From Actinomycetes bacterium (lineage in GTDB: Bacteria > Actinomycetota > Acidimicrobiia > Acidimicrobiales > CADCSY01), in NCBI GenBank assembly GCA_031398745.1, contig JANNNX010000007.1, positions 8,844 through 72,843 of the forward strand: a stretch of 64,000 bases of DNA, written 5' to 3'. Below are positions 1 through 11,200 of this stretch, one piece after another. A program made the position numbers and the translations under genes. The notes below the pieces were generated by a model. It had not been told where the DNA came from and ran no database searches. It was given only the letters and a program-made list of their open reading frames with translations. The number at the start of each line of letters is the position of its first letter. Positions within the stretch are counted from its first letter, which is position 1.

Positions 1-31
1 ACCAACGCCGCCCCGGAGATCGAGGTGCGCG

Positions 32-1966
32 ATGTCCCGAGCTACCGACCCGACCCCCGACGTCGACCCCGAAGACATCGGGTCGAACCCGACCGACAAT
101 CGCTCGTTCCGCGACGTGCTCGACGCGCGGCTGTCCCGCCGCTCCCTCATCGGCGGGGGTATCGCCACGGCCGCGGCCGTCGGCTTCCTGAGCGGCACGA
201 CCGCGTCGGTGCTCGGTGCCACCGCTGCCGAGGCCGTAGGTGGCGAGGGATCCCGCCTCGGGTTCCAGAGCGTCCCGGTGGGGACGCTGGACGGCATCGT
301 CGTCCCCGACGGCTACGTGGCCGAGGTGCTCATCCCGTGGGGCACACCCCTTGCTTCGACCGGTCCGGCGTGGAAGAAGGATGGGACCAACACCGCCGCC
401 GAAGTTGCCCAGCAGGTCGGTCAGCACCACGACGGGATGCACTACTTCCCGCTCGGCCGTGGGAACCGCCAGAACACGCAGGGCCTCCTGGTGCTGAACC
501 ACGAGTACATCGACCGCACGATCTTCTACTCGGAAGCCGAAGGCCTGGCCCCGATGTCGCTCGCCAAGGTGGCCAAGGCCCTGGAGGCCCACGGCGTCAC
601 CGTGATCGAGGTGGCCCTCGAGGGTGGCAAGTGGAAGCAGGTCGACTCGGCCTACAACCGCCGCATCACCGGGACGACACCGGTCGGCTTCTCCGGCCCT
701 GTCCCCAGCGGCCACCCCCTGCTCCAGTCGAACAACGCTCCCATGGGGACACTGAACAACTGCGCCCACGGCTACACGCCCTGGGGCACCTACCTCACGT
801 GTGAGGAGAACTTCAACGGGTACTTCGGCACCGCCAGCCCAGGGTTCGCTCCCACCGCGCTCCAGAGCCGCTACGGGTTCACGGCCACCGGCTTCGGTTA
901 CCAATGGCACCTCGGCGATCCTCGCTTCGACCTGGCCGTCAACCCGAACGAGGCTCACCGGTTCGGCTGGGTGGTCGAGATCGACCCGATGGACCCGGCG
1001 TCGACCCCGATGAAGCGGACCGCGTTGGGGCGTTTCAAGCACGAGGGGGCGACCGTCACCGAGGCCCCTGGGGGCCAGGTGGTCGTCTACTCCGGTGACG
1101 ACGAGAACAAGGAGTACATCTACAAGTACGTGAGCCGCCGGCCGTGGCGTCGCCTGCGACGCGAGGGCGTCAGCCCGCTCGACGACGGCACCCTCTACGT
1201 CGCCAGGTTCAACGACGACGGCTCGGGCGAGTGGCTCCCGCTGGTGTTCGGAAGCGGCCCGCTGACCGCGGCCAACCAGTGGCTCGACCAGGCCGACGTG
1301 TTGCTGCGGGCCCGCCAGGCAGCTGACGCCCTCGGAGCGACGAAGATGGACCGACCCGAGTGGGTCGCCATCGACCCCAAGACCCGCGACGTGTTCGTCA
1401 CGCTGACCAACGGTTCGTCGGCTTCCGGCGCGGCCAACCCCCGGGCCAACAACGTGTTCGGCCACATCGTCAAGTGGCGGGAGAAGCACAAGGACGCGGC
1501 GGCACTCACCTTCGAGTGGGACATATTCGTGCTGGCCGGCGATCCCTCCATCGACCCGCTGGTGAACATCAACGGCGACATGTACGGGTCCCCCGACGGG
1601 CTCTGGTTCGACGATGGCGGGCGGCTCTGGATCCAGACCGACATTTCCAACAGCACCCAGAACCTCGGCAACTACGCCAACATCGGCAACAACCAGATGC
1701 TGGCGGCCAACCCCAAGACGGGTGAAACCCGCCGCTTCTTGGTCGGACCCCGAGGCAGCGAGATCACCGGCGTGGTGACCACCCCGGACCAGACGACGAT
1801 GTTCGTCAACGTCCAACACCCGGGCGAGTCGAGCACGGCCTGGGGGAACCCCACACCGGCCAACCCCCGGTTGGTCAGCAACTGGCCCGACTACGACCCC
1901 GCCGGACGGCCTCGCTCGGCCACAGTGGTGATCCGCAAGATCGGCGGAGGTGTCATCGGGAGCTGA
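32..1966 (+). CDS. phoX: PhoX-family alkaline phosphatase (DUF839-type), Tat-exported
   Basis: 644-aa ORF. Twin-arginine signal (LSRRSLIGGGIATAAAVGFL). PhoX-like blocks NHEYIDRT, NNCAHGYTPWGTYLTCEENFNGYF, DRPEWVAIDP, SPDGLWFDDGGRLWIQTD. Confidence 0.85.
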   Translation: MSRATDPTPDVDPEDIGSNPTDNRSFRDVLDARLSRRSLIGGGIATAAAVGFLSGTTASVLGATAAEAVGGEGSRLGFQSVPVGTLDGIVVPDGYVAEVLIPWGTPLASTGPAWKKDGTNTAAEVAQQVGQHHDGMHYFPLGRGNRQNTQGLLVLNHEYIDRTIFYSEAEGLAPMSLAKVAKALEAHGVTVIEVALEGGKWKQVDSAYNRRITGTTPVGFSGPVPSGHPLLQSNNAPMGTLNNCAHGYTPWGTYLTCEENFNGYFGTASPGFAPTALQSRYGFTATGFGYQWHLGDPRFDLAVNPNEAHRFGWVVEIDPMDPASTPMKRTALGRFKHEGATVTEAPGGQVVVYSGDDENKEYIYKYVSRRPWRRLRREGVSPLDDGTLYVARFNDDGSGEWLPLVFGSGPLTAANQWLDQADVLLRARQAADALGATKMDRPEWVAIDPKTRDVFVTLTNGSSASGAANPRANNVFGHIVKWREKHKDAAALTFEWDIFVLAGDPSIDPLVNINGDMYGSPDGLWFDDGGRLWIQTDISNSTQNLGNYANIGNNQMLAANPKTGETRRFLVGPRGSEITGVVTTPDQTTMFVNVQHPGESSTAWGNPTPANPRLVSNWPDYDPAGRPRSATVVIRKIGGGVIGS

Positions 1967-2042
1967 GGCGCGGGATGGACCCGGTGGGTCTGGCCTCGAC
2001 GACGAGCCAGGCCCGCCGGGGACACCCGAAGAGCGATCGGGC

Positions 2043-3752
2043 TCAGAAGTTGGTGACCGCGCCCTTGTCGGCGCCCTGGGCCAAGGCCGCGTACTTGGCC
2101 AGCACCCCCGTGATGTAACGGGGCTCGAGCGGCTTCCACTCGGCCCTGCGACGGTCCAGCTCGGCCTCGTCGACCAGGAGGTCGATGCTCTGGGCCCGCA
2201 CGTCGATGACGATCCGGTCACCGTCGGCGACCAACGCGATGGGTCCCCCGTCGACCGCCTCCGGGGCGACGTGGCCGATGCAGAACCCATGGGTCCCACC
2301 CGAGAAGCGGCCGTCGGTGACCAGGGCGGCGTCGCCCCCTCGGCCCGCCCCCTTCATCGCTCCGGTCACGGCCAGCATCTCGCGCATGCCGGGCCCGCCC
2401 TTGGGCCCCTCGTAGCGGATGACGACCACGTCGCCGGGGCGGATCTCGTCGGCCATGATCGCCGCCATCGCCCCGTCCTCGCCGTCGAACACCCGAGCCG
2501 TGCCCTCGAAGCGGTCGAAGTCGATGCCGGCCACCTTCACCACCGAGCCCTTCGGCGCCAGCGAGCCGGTGAGCACGGCCAGGCCGCCGGTCGCGTGCAG
2601 CGGTCGGTCGAGCGGGTGCACCACCCGTCCGTCGGGGGCCGGGGGGTCGAGGTCGGCCAGGTTCTCGGCCACCGTCTTGCCGGTCACGGTGAGGCAGTCG
2701 CCGTGCAGCAGGCCCTCGTCGAGGAGCATGCGCATCACCATCGGGACGCCACCGACCTTGTCGAGATCGGTCATGTGGAACAGCCCGTGGGGCTTCATGT
2801 CGGCCAGGTGCGGGACGCGGGCCGCCACCTTGTTGAAGTCGTCGAGCTCGAGGTCGACCCGGGCCTCATGGGCGATGGCCAGCAGGTGCAGCACCGCGTT
2901 GGTCGAGCCGCCCAGCGCCATGGTGACGGCGATGGCGTTCTCGAACGCGGCCTTGGTCATGATCTGGCGGGCGGTGAGACCCAGTCGGAGCAGGCCGACC
3001 ACCGCCTCGCCGCTGGCCACCGCGATGCCGTCGCGCCGTCCGTCGACGGCCGGGGCCGAGGCGCTGCCGGGCAGCGACATGCCGATGGCCTCGCCCACCG
3101 CGGCCATGGTGTTGGCCGTGAACATGCCGGCGCAGCTGCCGATCGAGGGGCAGGCGGCCCGCTCGATCTGCTCCAGCTCGGCCAGCTCCATCGAGCCGGT
3201 GCCGTAGGCGCCGACCGCCTCGAACACGTCGACGATGTCGATGGCCCGGCCGTGGTGGGTGCCGGGCAGGATCGAGCCGCCGTAGACGAACACCGAGGCC
3301 AGGTCGAGGCGGGCGGCGGCCATGAGCATGCCGGGCAGGCTCTTGTCGCACCCCGCGAAGCTGACGAAGCCGTCGAGGCGCTCGGCGTGCACGACGGTCT
3401 CGACCGAGTCGGCGATGATCTCCCGCGACACCAGCGACGCCCGCATGCCCTCGTGGCCCATCGAGATCCCGTCGGACACCGCGATGGTGGTGAACTCGAG
3501 GGGATAGCCCCCGGCGGCCCGCACTCCTTCCTTGGCCCGGGCCGCCAGCGCGGCCAGGCCCATGTTGCACGGGGTGAGCTCGTTCCACGACGACGCCACT
3601 CCCACCTGGGGCTTGCCCCAGTCGCCGTCGCTCATCCCGACGGCGCGGAGCATGGCCCGGGCCGGGGCCCGCTCGGGACCATCGGTGACGTCACGGCTGC
3701 GGGGCTTCATGTCGGCCATGGCCCGACAGGCTACGCGGCCGCCCGACACCAT
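2043..3752 (-). CDS. ilvD: dihydroxy-acid dehydratase
   Basis: [43 protein letters not shown] and GGSTN blocks. The start is ambiguous: ATG 3752 has GGAGGG directly adjacent, and in-frame ATGs lie at 3719 and 3710. Confidence 0.95.
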   Translation of the reverse strand: MVSGGRVACRAMADMKPRSRDVTDGPERAPARAMLRAVGMSDGDWGKPQVGVASSWNELTPCNMGLAALAARAKEGVRAAGGYPLEFTTIAVSDGISMGHEGMRASLVSREIIADSVETVVHAERLDGFVSFAGCDKSLPGMLMAAARLDLASVFVYGGSILPGTHHGRAIDIVDVFEAVGAYGTGSMELAELEQIERAACPSIGSCAGMFTANTMAAVGEAIGMSLPGSASAPAVDGRRDGIAVASGEAVVGLLRLGLTARQIMTKAAFENAIAVTMALGGSTNAVLHLLAIAHEARVDLELDDFNKVAARVPHLADMKPHGLFHMTDLDKVGGVPMVMRMLLDEGLLHGDCLTVTGKTVAENLADLDPPAPDGRVVHPLDRPLHATGGLAVLTGSLAPKGSVVKVAGIDFDRFEGTARVFDGEDGAMAAIMADEIRPGDVVVIRYEGPKGGPGMREMLAVTGAMKGAGRGGDAALVTDGRFSGGTHGFCIGHVAPEAVDGGPIALVADGDRIVIDVRAQSIDLLVDEAELDRRRAEWKPLEPRYITGVLAKYAALAQGADKGAVTNF

Positions 3753-3788
3753 CCCTCCGGTTGACCCCGCCGCCTACCCTGCCCGGCC

Positions 3789-5123
3789 GTGCCCAGCATC
3801 GGCCGGCGGACCCGGGCCTACGACCGCGCCATCCTGGGGTTGGCCATCCCGTCGCTCGGGGCACTGGTGGCCGAGCCGCTCTACGTACTGGTCGACACCG
3901 CCGTGGTCGGCCACCTGGGCACCGCCGAGCTGGCCGGTTTGGCCATGGCCGGGACCATCCTCAACAGCTCGTTCTGGATCTTCAGCTTCCTCTCCTACGG
4001 GACCACCGCGGCGGTGGCCCGGGCCCACGGCGGCGGCGACGACACCGGCGCCGCTCGCACCGGCGTCCAGGCCACCTGGCTGGCGGTGCTACTCGGGCTC
4101 GCGGTGGGACTCCTCGGCCAGCTCGTGGTCGGCCCGGTCATCGACCTGTTCGGGGCCTCGGCCGCCGCCCGGGAGGCCGGCCGCACCTACCAGCACCTGG
4201 CCCAGCTGGCCTCGCCGGCGGTGCTGGTAGCGGCGGCCGGCATCGGCTACCTCCGGGGCCGCCAGGACGCCCGGAGCCCACTGCGGGTGGCGCTCGTGGC
4301 CAACCTGGTGAACCTGGTGGCCGAGGTGGTGTGGATCTACGGCTTCGGCGGCGGGATCGCGGCCTCCGCCCTGTCCACGGTGGTGGTCCAGTACGGCGCC
4401 GCCATCCTCTACGCCCGGGCGGTGGTGCTCGACGCCCGCCGAGCCGGGGTCGGCCTCGGCCCCGACGCCCGCCGCATCCGGGCCCTGCTGGTGGTCGGGC
4501 GCGACCTGTTCATCCGCACCGGCTCGATCGTGGGCGCCCTGGCCTTCGCCACGGTGGTGGCCGGGCAGATCTCCACCGACGCGGTGGCCGCCCACCAGAT
4601 CGCCTGGCAGATCATGTCGCTGTTGGCGCTCACCCTCGACGCCCTGGGGATCGCCGGCCAGGCGATGGTCGGCCGCTTCCTCGGCGGCGACGACCCCGGC
4701 TCGGCCCGCGACGCCAGCCGGCGGATGCTCGAGATGGGGCTGATTCTCGGCGTGGGTCTGGGGCTGGTCGTGGCCGGGCTCCACGACCTGCTCCCCCGCC
4801 TGTTCACGTCCGACCCTGCGGTGCGGGACCAGGCCGGGAAGATCCTGTTGGTGGTGGCCGCCTTGCAGCCGATCAACGCCGTCAACTTCGTGCTCGACGG
4901 CGTCCTCATCGGGGCCGGCGACCTGCGCTGGCTGGCCCGAGCCATGTTCGTGGCCTGCGTCGGCTGCTACCTGCCGTGCGCGGCCGCCGTCCTGGTGCTC
5001 GACCTCGGGCTGGTGTGGCTGTGGGGGGCGATGGGCGTGATGATGGCCGCTCGCCTGGTCCTCACCGTCGGGCGCTACGTGGGCGACGGATGGCTGGTGA
5101 CCGGGGCCGAGCGAGCCCGCTAG
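3789..5123 (+). CDS. MATE family efflux transporter (DinF-like)
   Basis: 444-aa polytopic protein with the typical MATE N-terminus ILGLAIPSLGALVAEPLYVLVDTAVVGHLG. GTG start. Divergent from ilvD. Confidence 0.85.
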   Translation: MPSIGRRTRAYDRAILGLAIPSLGALVAEPLYVLVDTAVVGHLGTAELAGLAMAGTILNSSFWIFSFLSYGTTAAVARAHGGGDDTGAARTGVQATWLAVLLGLAVGLLGQLVVGPVIDLFGASAAAREAGRTYQHLAQLASPAVLVAAAGIGYLRGRQDARSPLRVALVANLVNLVAEVVWIYGFGGGIAASALSTVVVQYGAAILYARAVVLDARRAGVGLGPDARRIRALLVVGRDLFIRTGSIVGALAFATVVAGQISTDAVAAHQIAWQIMSLLALTLDALGIAGQAMVGRFLGGDDPGSARDASRRMLEMGLILGVGLGLVVAGLHDLLPRLFTSDPAVRDQAGKILLVVAALQPINAVNFVLDGVLIGAGDLRWLARAMFVACVGCYLPCAAAVLVLDLGLVWLWGAMGVMMAARLVLTVGRYVGDGWLVTGAERAR

Positions 5124-5140
5124 TTCGGAACCGCCCGACC

Positions 5141-5196
5141 CCTCACGTTCTCGGCGCGCTCAGTACGCCATACCGGACGTGGCGCGCCGAGAACGC
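5141..5196. repeat. palindromic intergenic element, copy A (14-bp arms CGTTCTCGGCGCGC / GCGCGCCGAGAACG, 22-nt core)
   Basis: Arms at 5146-5159 and 5182-5195. It sits between the convergent MATE and LLM genes, so it could act as a bidirectional terminator. The core CGCCATACCGGAC is shared with copy B at 11131-11196. Confidence 0.7.
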
Positions 5197-5201
5197 GGCG
5201 C

Positions 5202-6149
5202 TCAGTCGCCCAGGTCGGCCAGCACGTTGCCGGCCCGGTCCAACGACGCGTCGAGGTCGTCGAGGTCGGGGACCAGGAGCGAGAAGGGCGTGCCCAGCAC
5301 GGTGGCCCCGGCGGCCAGGGTGCCGGCCGACGCCTCGAGGGAGCGCGCCAGGTCGGGCGCCGGCGCGTCGGCCGGGGGCGGGCCGAAGGGCATCAGCGGG
5401 GTGCCGTCGGCGGCCACCGGACGGAGGAAACCGAAGACGCCGAGCCGCCCAGGGTCGCGCCCGGCGGCGGCCATCCCGGCCTCGATGGCGGTGACCGTCT
5501 CGCGGATCTCGTCGTCCGACGCCATCCACGGCAGCCAGCCGTCGCCCAGGCGCACCACTCGGTCGACCAGCTCGGGGGTGGCGTGGGAGGCGAACCACAC
5601 CCTCGGCCCCCCGGGGGTGTGGGGCTGGGGCTGGAGGTGGAGGTCGGCGAAGGAGATGGTGGTCGACTCAAAGCTGGCCGGCGACCCCGACCACAGGGCC
5701 CGGCAGGCGGCGACAGTGTCCTCCAGCACCCGGTGGCGGTCGTCGAGGGCGACGCCGAAGAGCGACAGCTCGGCCTCCTGCCAGCTAGCCGAAGCGCCGA
5801 GGATGGCCCGACCCCGCGACAGCTGGTCGAGGGTCGCCAGCTGCTTGGCCAGCAGCACGGGGTGGCGGGCCGGAACCACGAAGGAGGCGTTGAGCATCTC
5901 GATGCGGGTGGTGACCGCGGCGATGGCCGAGAACACCGCCACCGACTCGGGATACGGCGTGTCGAGGTCGATCGGGAGTGGGGATGAGCCTTCGGGCGGT
6001 GGTGCCATCACCACGTGGTCGCTCAAAGTGATCCCGTCGACCACCCCGGATTCGTCCAGCCGGCGGACGAGCTCGGGCAGCTCGGCGTAGCCGTCGGGGT
6101 GGAAGCGCTCGAGGGGGAGGCCGACGAAGAGGCGGGGGCGAGTGGTCAC
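5202..6149 (-). CDS. LLM-class (luciferase-like) flavin/F420-dependent oxidoreductase
   Basis: 315 aa. The layout fits a luciferase-like TIM barrel (GITLSDHVV, ARHPVLLAKQLATLDQLSRGRAILG, VRLGDGWLP). It starts 24 nt downstream of gatB on the same strand. Confidence 0.8.
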   Translation of the reverse strand: MTTRPRLFVGLPLERFHPDGYAELPELVRRLDESGVVDGITLSDHVVMAPPPEGSSPLPIDLDTPYPESVAVFSAIAAVTTRIEMLNASFVVPARHPVLLAKQLATLDQLSRGRAILGASASWQEAELSLFGVALDDRHRVLEDTVAACRALWSGSPASFESTTISFADLHLQPQPHTPGGPRVWFASHATPELVDRVVRLGDGWLPWMASDDEIRETVTAIEAGMAAAGRDPGRLGVFGFLRPVAADGTPLMPFGPPPADAPAPDLARSLEASAGTLAAGATVLGTPFSLLVPDLDDLDASLDRAGNVLADLGD

Positions 6150-6173
6150 GGCGCCGGACGGTACAGCCCGGGG

Positions 6174-7600
6174 TCAGCCCTCGGCGGCCCGGGCCGCGTC
6201 GGCCCGCTGACGCAGCAGGGCGGTGACGGCCTTGCCGTCGGCGTTGCCCCGGGAGGCCTTCATCACCGCGCCAACGAAGGCGCCGGTGACCTTCTGGTCA
6301 CCGGCCAAGTACTTGGCCCAGGCCTCGGGGTCGGCTGCGATGGCCTCGTCGACCAAACCGTCGAGGGCGCCGGCGCCGACGGCCTCGAAGCCCTTGGCCG
6401 CGGCCACCGCGGCCGGGTCGCCCCCCGACGCCACCAGCTCGGCCAGCACCGCCTTGGCCTGGGTGGCGGTCAATGCCTGGTCGACCTCGAGCCTCGACAG
6501 GGCGGCGAACGACGAGGCGCTGAGCTGGCCCGCGCCGTCGGCCAGGTCGTGTTCGGCCCGGGTGAGCAGGCGGTGTCCGTCGCCCCCGGCGGCCAGCGCG
6601 TCGAGCACCAGGCCGTCGAGGTCTCGGCCCACGACCACCGCCACTGCGGCCGGCTCGACCCCGGTGGCCTCGGCCAGCCGGGCCCGGCGCTCGGCCGGCA
6701 TGGGCGGCACCGTCGCCTGGACCGCGTGCTGCCACTCGGCGTCGGGCGCCACCAGCACCAGGTCGGGCTCGGGGAAGTACCGGTAGTCGTAGGCCTCCTC
6801 CTTGGAGCGCAGCGGGAGGGTGCGGCCCTCGTCCTCGTTCCAGTGGCGGGTCTGCTGGACGACTCGGTCACCCCCCTCGAGCAGCTCGATCTGGCGGGCG
6901 ACCTCGTAGTCGACGGCGCGGCCCAGCGACCGGAGGGAGTTGAGGTTCTTGACCTCGCAGCGGGTGCCGAGGGCGTCGGCCCCGACCCGGCGGACCGACA
7001 CGTTGGCGTCGACCCGCATCGAGCCCTCCTCCATCTTGGCGTCGGACACGCCGGCCGCGGTGAGGATGGTGCGCAGCTCGCTGGCATAGGCCCGGGCCTG
7101 CTCGGCCGAACGGATGTCGGGCCGGGAGACGATCTCGAGCAGGGGGACGCCGGCCCGGTTGTAGTCGACCAGGGAGTGCTGGGCGTCGTGGATGCGACCA
7201 CCGCCACCGACGTGGGTGGTCTTGCCGGTGTCCTCTTCGAGGTGCGCCCGCTCGATGCCGACGGTCGACCCATCGGGCAGCTCGAGGAAGCCGTCGGCGG
7301 TGATGGGCTGGTCGAACTGGGAGGTCTGGTAGTCCTTCGGCATGTCCGGGTAGAAGTAGTTCTTCCGGTGGAAGATGCTTGGCCGGACCTCGAGGTGCAG
7401 GGCCACGGCCAGGCGCATGGCCAGCTCGACGGCCCGGCGGTTGAGGACCGGGAGCGACCCGGGCAGGCCCAGGCAGACCGGACACACGTTGGTGTTGGGC
7501 TCGTCGCCGAACTGGTTGGGGCAGCCGCAGAACAGCTTGGTAGCGGTGTCGAGCTCGACGTGGACCTCGAGGCCGATCACCGTCTCCCAGTCGCTCGGGC

Positions 7601-7604
<4 letters not shown>
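6174..7604 (-). CDS. gatB: Asp/Glu-tRNA amidotransferase subunit B
   Basis: [23 protein letters not shown] and [13 protein letters not shown] blocks. I chose GTG at 7604 because it overlaps the gatA stop (GTGA at 7601-7604). The longer track ORF (to 7790) overlaps gatA. Confidence 0.95.
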
Positions 7605-9054
<1,450 letters not shown>

Positions 9055-9058
<4 letters not shown>

Positions 9059-9357
9059 GGCGCCTCGCCCAGCACCGGCGGGACCCGGAAGCGGTCGTCC
9101 TCCACCGCCGGGGCGGCGGCCAGCACCTCGGCTCGGTCCAGGCTGGGACGTACCTCGTCGTCGCGCAGCACGTTGACCAAGGGAAAGGGGTGGGCGGTGG
9201 GCTCGACGTCGTCGATGGCGAGCTCCTCGATGTCGGCCGCGTGTTCGAGCACGGCGGCCAACTGCCCGGTGAAGCGGTCGAGCTCGTCGTCGCTGAGCGT
9301 CAGCCGGGCCAGATCGGCGACATGGGCCACGTCATCCCGGGTCAGTGGCGAGGTCAC
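9055..9357 (-). CDS. gatC: Asp/Glu-tRNA amidotransferase subunit C
   Basis: 100-aa C-terminal part of track ORF 9055..9831: [42 protein letters not shown] at 9357. Confidence 0.9.
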
Positions 9358-9566
9358 CCGGTCATCGTAGGTGGCACCCGGAGAGCCCTCGAACGGGCAT
9401 CCCGGCGCCGGCGAGGCCACCAGGCCACGGCGATACCCGCTCCGGCCGAGACGACGAGCAGCCCCACCAGCTCGAACGAGCCGAGGGCGGCGCCGGCCGC
9501 GACGAGGAACACCGGGAGTGCCAACATCAGCGCGACGAAGGTCAGTAGTCCGGTCAGAAGGCGCAT
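9354..9566 (-). CDS. small hydrophobic protein (two predicted TM segments), hypothetical
   Basis: MRLLTGLLTFVALMLALPVFLVAAGAALGSFELVGLLVVSAGAGIAVAWW... Its stop overlaps the gatC GTG (GTGA at 9354-9357). ATG at 9566, with an alternative ATG at 9590. No family recognised. Confidence 0.35.
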   Translation of the reverse strand: MRLLTGLLTFVALMLALPVFLVAAGAALGSFELVGLLVVSAGAGIAVAWWPRRRRDARSRALRVPPTMTG

Positions 9567-9572
9567 TTTCCA

Positions 9573-9601
9573 ACGATACGCACCGTGCATGTTCCGGTCG
9601 A
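9573..9601 (-). promoter_or_regulatory. candidate sigma70-type promoter giving a leaderless transcript for the small-ORF/gatCAB unit
   Basis: The minus strand reads TCGACC-17 nt-TATCGT-TGGAAA-ATG. The -10 hexamer ends 6 nt before ATG 9566, the spacing expected for a leaderless mRNA. This is a locally GC-poor spacer. Confidence 0.3.
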
Positions 9602-9604
9602 CAG

Positions 9605-10510
9605 CTAGGGCCGCCCGGCCGGTCGAGCCGCCTCCCCGGTCGCCGGGGCCAGTACCGGCAGGCAGCGGGTCCGGACAGTGAAGCGCAGCGGGGGCTCCAG
9701 CTCGACCACCTCGCCGTCGACCGCCACCGGGACCCGCCGGACCGACGACTCGGCCAGCTCGATCGAGACCTCGCTCGCCCTCCAGGCATCGACCACCTGG
9801 GCCCGCTCGCCGGCGGCCACCAGCAGCGCACCCACCAGCCGCGGCCTCGACCAGCGCCGGTCGGCCCGCAGCACCCGCACGTCGAGCTCGTCGCCGTCGA
9901 GGGCGCCCCGGCTGGTGACCGCGAACGGACCGTCGCCGTAGCGGCCGTTGCCCACGAACACGGCCCACGCCCGGCGGGTCCGGCCGTCGACCACCACCCG
10001 CAGTGGCCGCCCCCGCCGAGCGATCTCGGCCGCCGCCCGCACCGTCGCCCGGCGCTTGCCGAGCCGGCTCTCGTGCCGCTCGCGGTGCCGGACCAGCACC
10101 GGGTACAGGCCCAACGACGCGTTGTTCACGAACGTCCGGTCGGCCACCTGGCCGACGGTGACGGTCCGCACCACACCGCCCCCGGCTCCGCTGGCGCTGT
10201 CCCCCACCAGGGCGGCCGCCGCCTCCAGGGTGTCGACCCCGAGGTCGTGGGCGAAGTGGTTGCGGGTGCCGGCCGGGACGACCAGCAGCGGCACCTCCCC
10301 GTCGACCAGCGCCCCGGCCACCGAGCCGACGGTGCCGTCGCCCCCGGCGATACCGACGAAGCCCACGCCCGCGGCCAGGGCGCCCGCCACCCGTGCGTCC
10401 AGCTCGTCGGGCGGGCAGGCCTCGACCCGGTGCCCACCGCCGGCCGCGGCGAACGCCTCGCCCACCGAGTCGAGCGCACCGCCGCCCCCGGCGCCGGGGT
10501 TGACCAGCAC
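9605..10510 (-). CDS. diacylglycerol kinase-family lipid kinase (YegS/BmrU-like)
   Basis: VLVNPGAGGGG, GIAGGDGTVGSVAGAL and VVPAGTRNHFAHDLG blocks. The start is uncertain: GTG 10510 is chosen, and the track ORF to 11131 overlaps the upstream gene. Confidence 0.8.
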   Translation of the reverse strand: MLVNPGAGGGGALDSVGEAFAAAGGGHRVEACPPDELDARVAGALAAGVGFVGIAGGDGTVGSVAGALVDGEVPLLVVPAGTRNHFAHDLGVDTLEAAAALVGDSASGAGGGVVRTVTVGQVADRTFVNNASLGLYPVLVRHRERHESRLGKRRATVRAAAEIARRGRPLRVVVDGRTRRAWAVFVGNGRYGDGPFAVTSRGALDGDELDVRVLRADRRWSRPRLVGALLVAAGERAQVVDAWRASEVSIELAESSVRRVPVAVDGEVVELEPPLRFTVRTRCLPVLAPATGEAARPAGRP

Positions 10511-10569
10511 GACGCCGGGTCGAGGAAGCCAGCGACGCCCGGCCGCCGACGCGAGGTCTTCCTCCGGTC

Positions 10570-11040
10570 TCAGCTGGACGGGGGTGGCGTGGGAGGGGCC
10601 GGCGGCGGGTTCCAGGGGCCGCTGCCCCCGATCCGGCTCGGCGTGATGTGGGTGATGTAGCCGCCGTTCTCGGGCACCGGCATGGGCGGACGGGGCGGTG
10701 GGGCGGGCTCGCCTTCGACCGCCGGGGGCGGCGGCGGCATGCCGCCGCTCAGCAGCTCGACCGCTCCGCCCTCGGTCACCTCGGCGGTGCCGTGGACCAC
10801 CAGGTACTCGCGGGCACCCGGCTCGGCCTGGAACGAGAGCAGCACCCGCGGGTCTCGCTCGATGTTGCGGAGCTTCTGGTAGTAGTTCATGTGGGCCACG
10901 ACCAGCTCGTCGCTGCCCTCGTCGGCGAACTGCACCCGCACCAGGGTGAGCTGCGGGCTGCCGTCCTTGTTGACGGTCACCAGGTGGCCGAGACGGGCCT
11001 GCTCGATGAACGCCCTCGCCTCTTGATCGATCACCGCCAT
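10570..11040 (-). CDS. pyridoxamine 5-prime-phosphate oxidase (PPOX-class) family protein with Pro-rich C-terminal tail
   Basis: MAVIDQEARAFIEQARLGHLVTVNKDGSPQLTLV... split-barrel-like N-terminus. ATG 11040 is preceded by GGGGAGGA. The tail is PPPPPAVEGEPAPPPRPP. Confidence 0.7.
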   Translation of the reverse strand: MAVIDQEARAFIEQARLGHLVTVNKDGSPQLTLVRVQFADEGSDELVVAHMNYYQKLRNIERDPRVLLSFQAEPGAREYLVVHGTAEVTEGGAVELLSGGMPPPPPAVEGEPAPPPRPPMPVPENGGYITHITPSRIGGSGPWNPPPAPPTPPPSS

Positions 11041-11130
11041 GCGGTCCTCCCCTGCTCGGTCGCCTCGACGGGCGAGCCGACACACTGGCCGATGCGGCCC
11101 CGTTAGGCAACCGTCCGGGCCCAAACCCCA

Positions 11131-11196
11131 CCCCCTCGTTCTCGGCGCGCCTGGTCCGAAATGGCGCATGAGGCGCGCCGAGAACGGGAGGGGGGC
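11131..11196. repeat. palindromic intergenic element, copy B (inverted relative to copy A, stem extended to about 20 bp)
   Basis: CCCCCTCGTTCTCGGCGCGCC ...20 nt... GGCGCGCCGAGAACGGGAGGGG. The reverse complement of its core (TGCGCCATTTCGGACCAG) aligns with the copy A core. It lies just downstream of the hydrolase gene and upstream of the PPOX gene. Confidence 0.7.
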
Positions 11197-11200
11197 GAGG

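Noticed and set aside
1967-2042. Imperfect hairpin (CTGGCCTCG-ACGA-CGAGCCAGG) between the convergent phoX and ilvD genes, as a possible terminator.
   Set aside because: The stem is short and bulged, with no flanking U-tract on either strand. This is not strong enough to annotate.
1950-3764. Very long ORFs antisense to, or out of frame with, recognisable genes. Examples: 1950..3764 (+), 6015..7892 (+), 15099..17837 (-), 19164..21431 (+), 38011..39945 (+), 40350..42347 (-), 56477..58771 (+), 61343..63451 (-).
   Set aside because: Their translations are Arg/Gly/Pro/His-rich and low in complexity, with no family motifs. Each overlaps a gene with a strong identity on another frame or strand. Stop-codon scarcity at about 72% GC is the expected cause.
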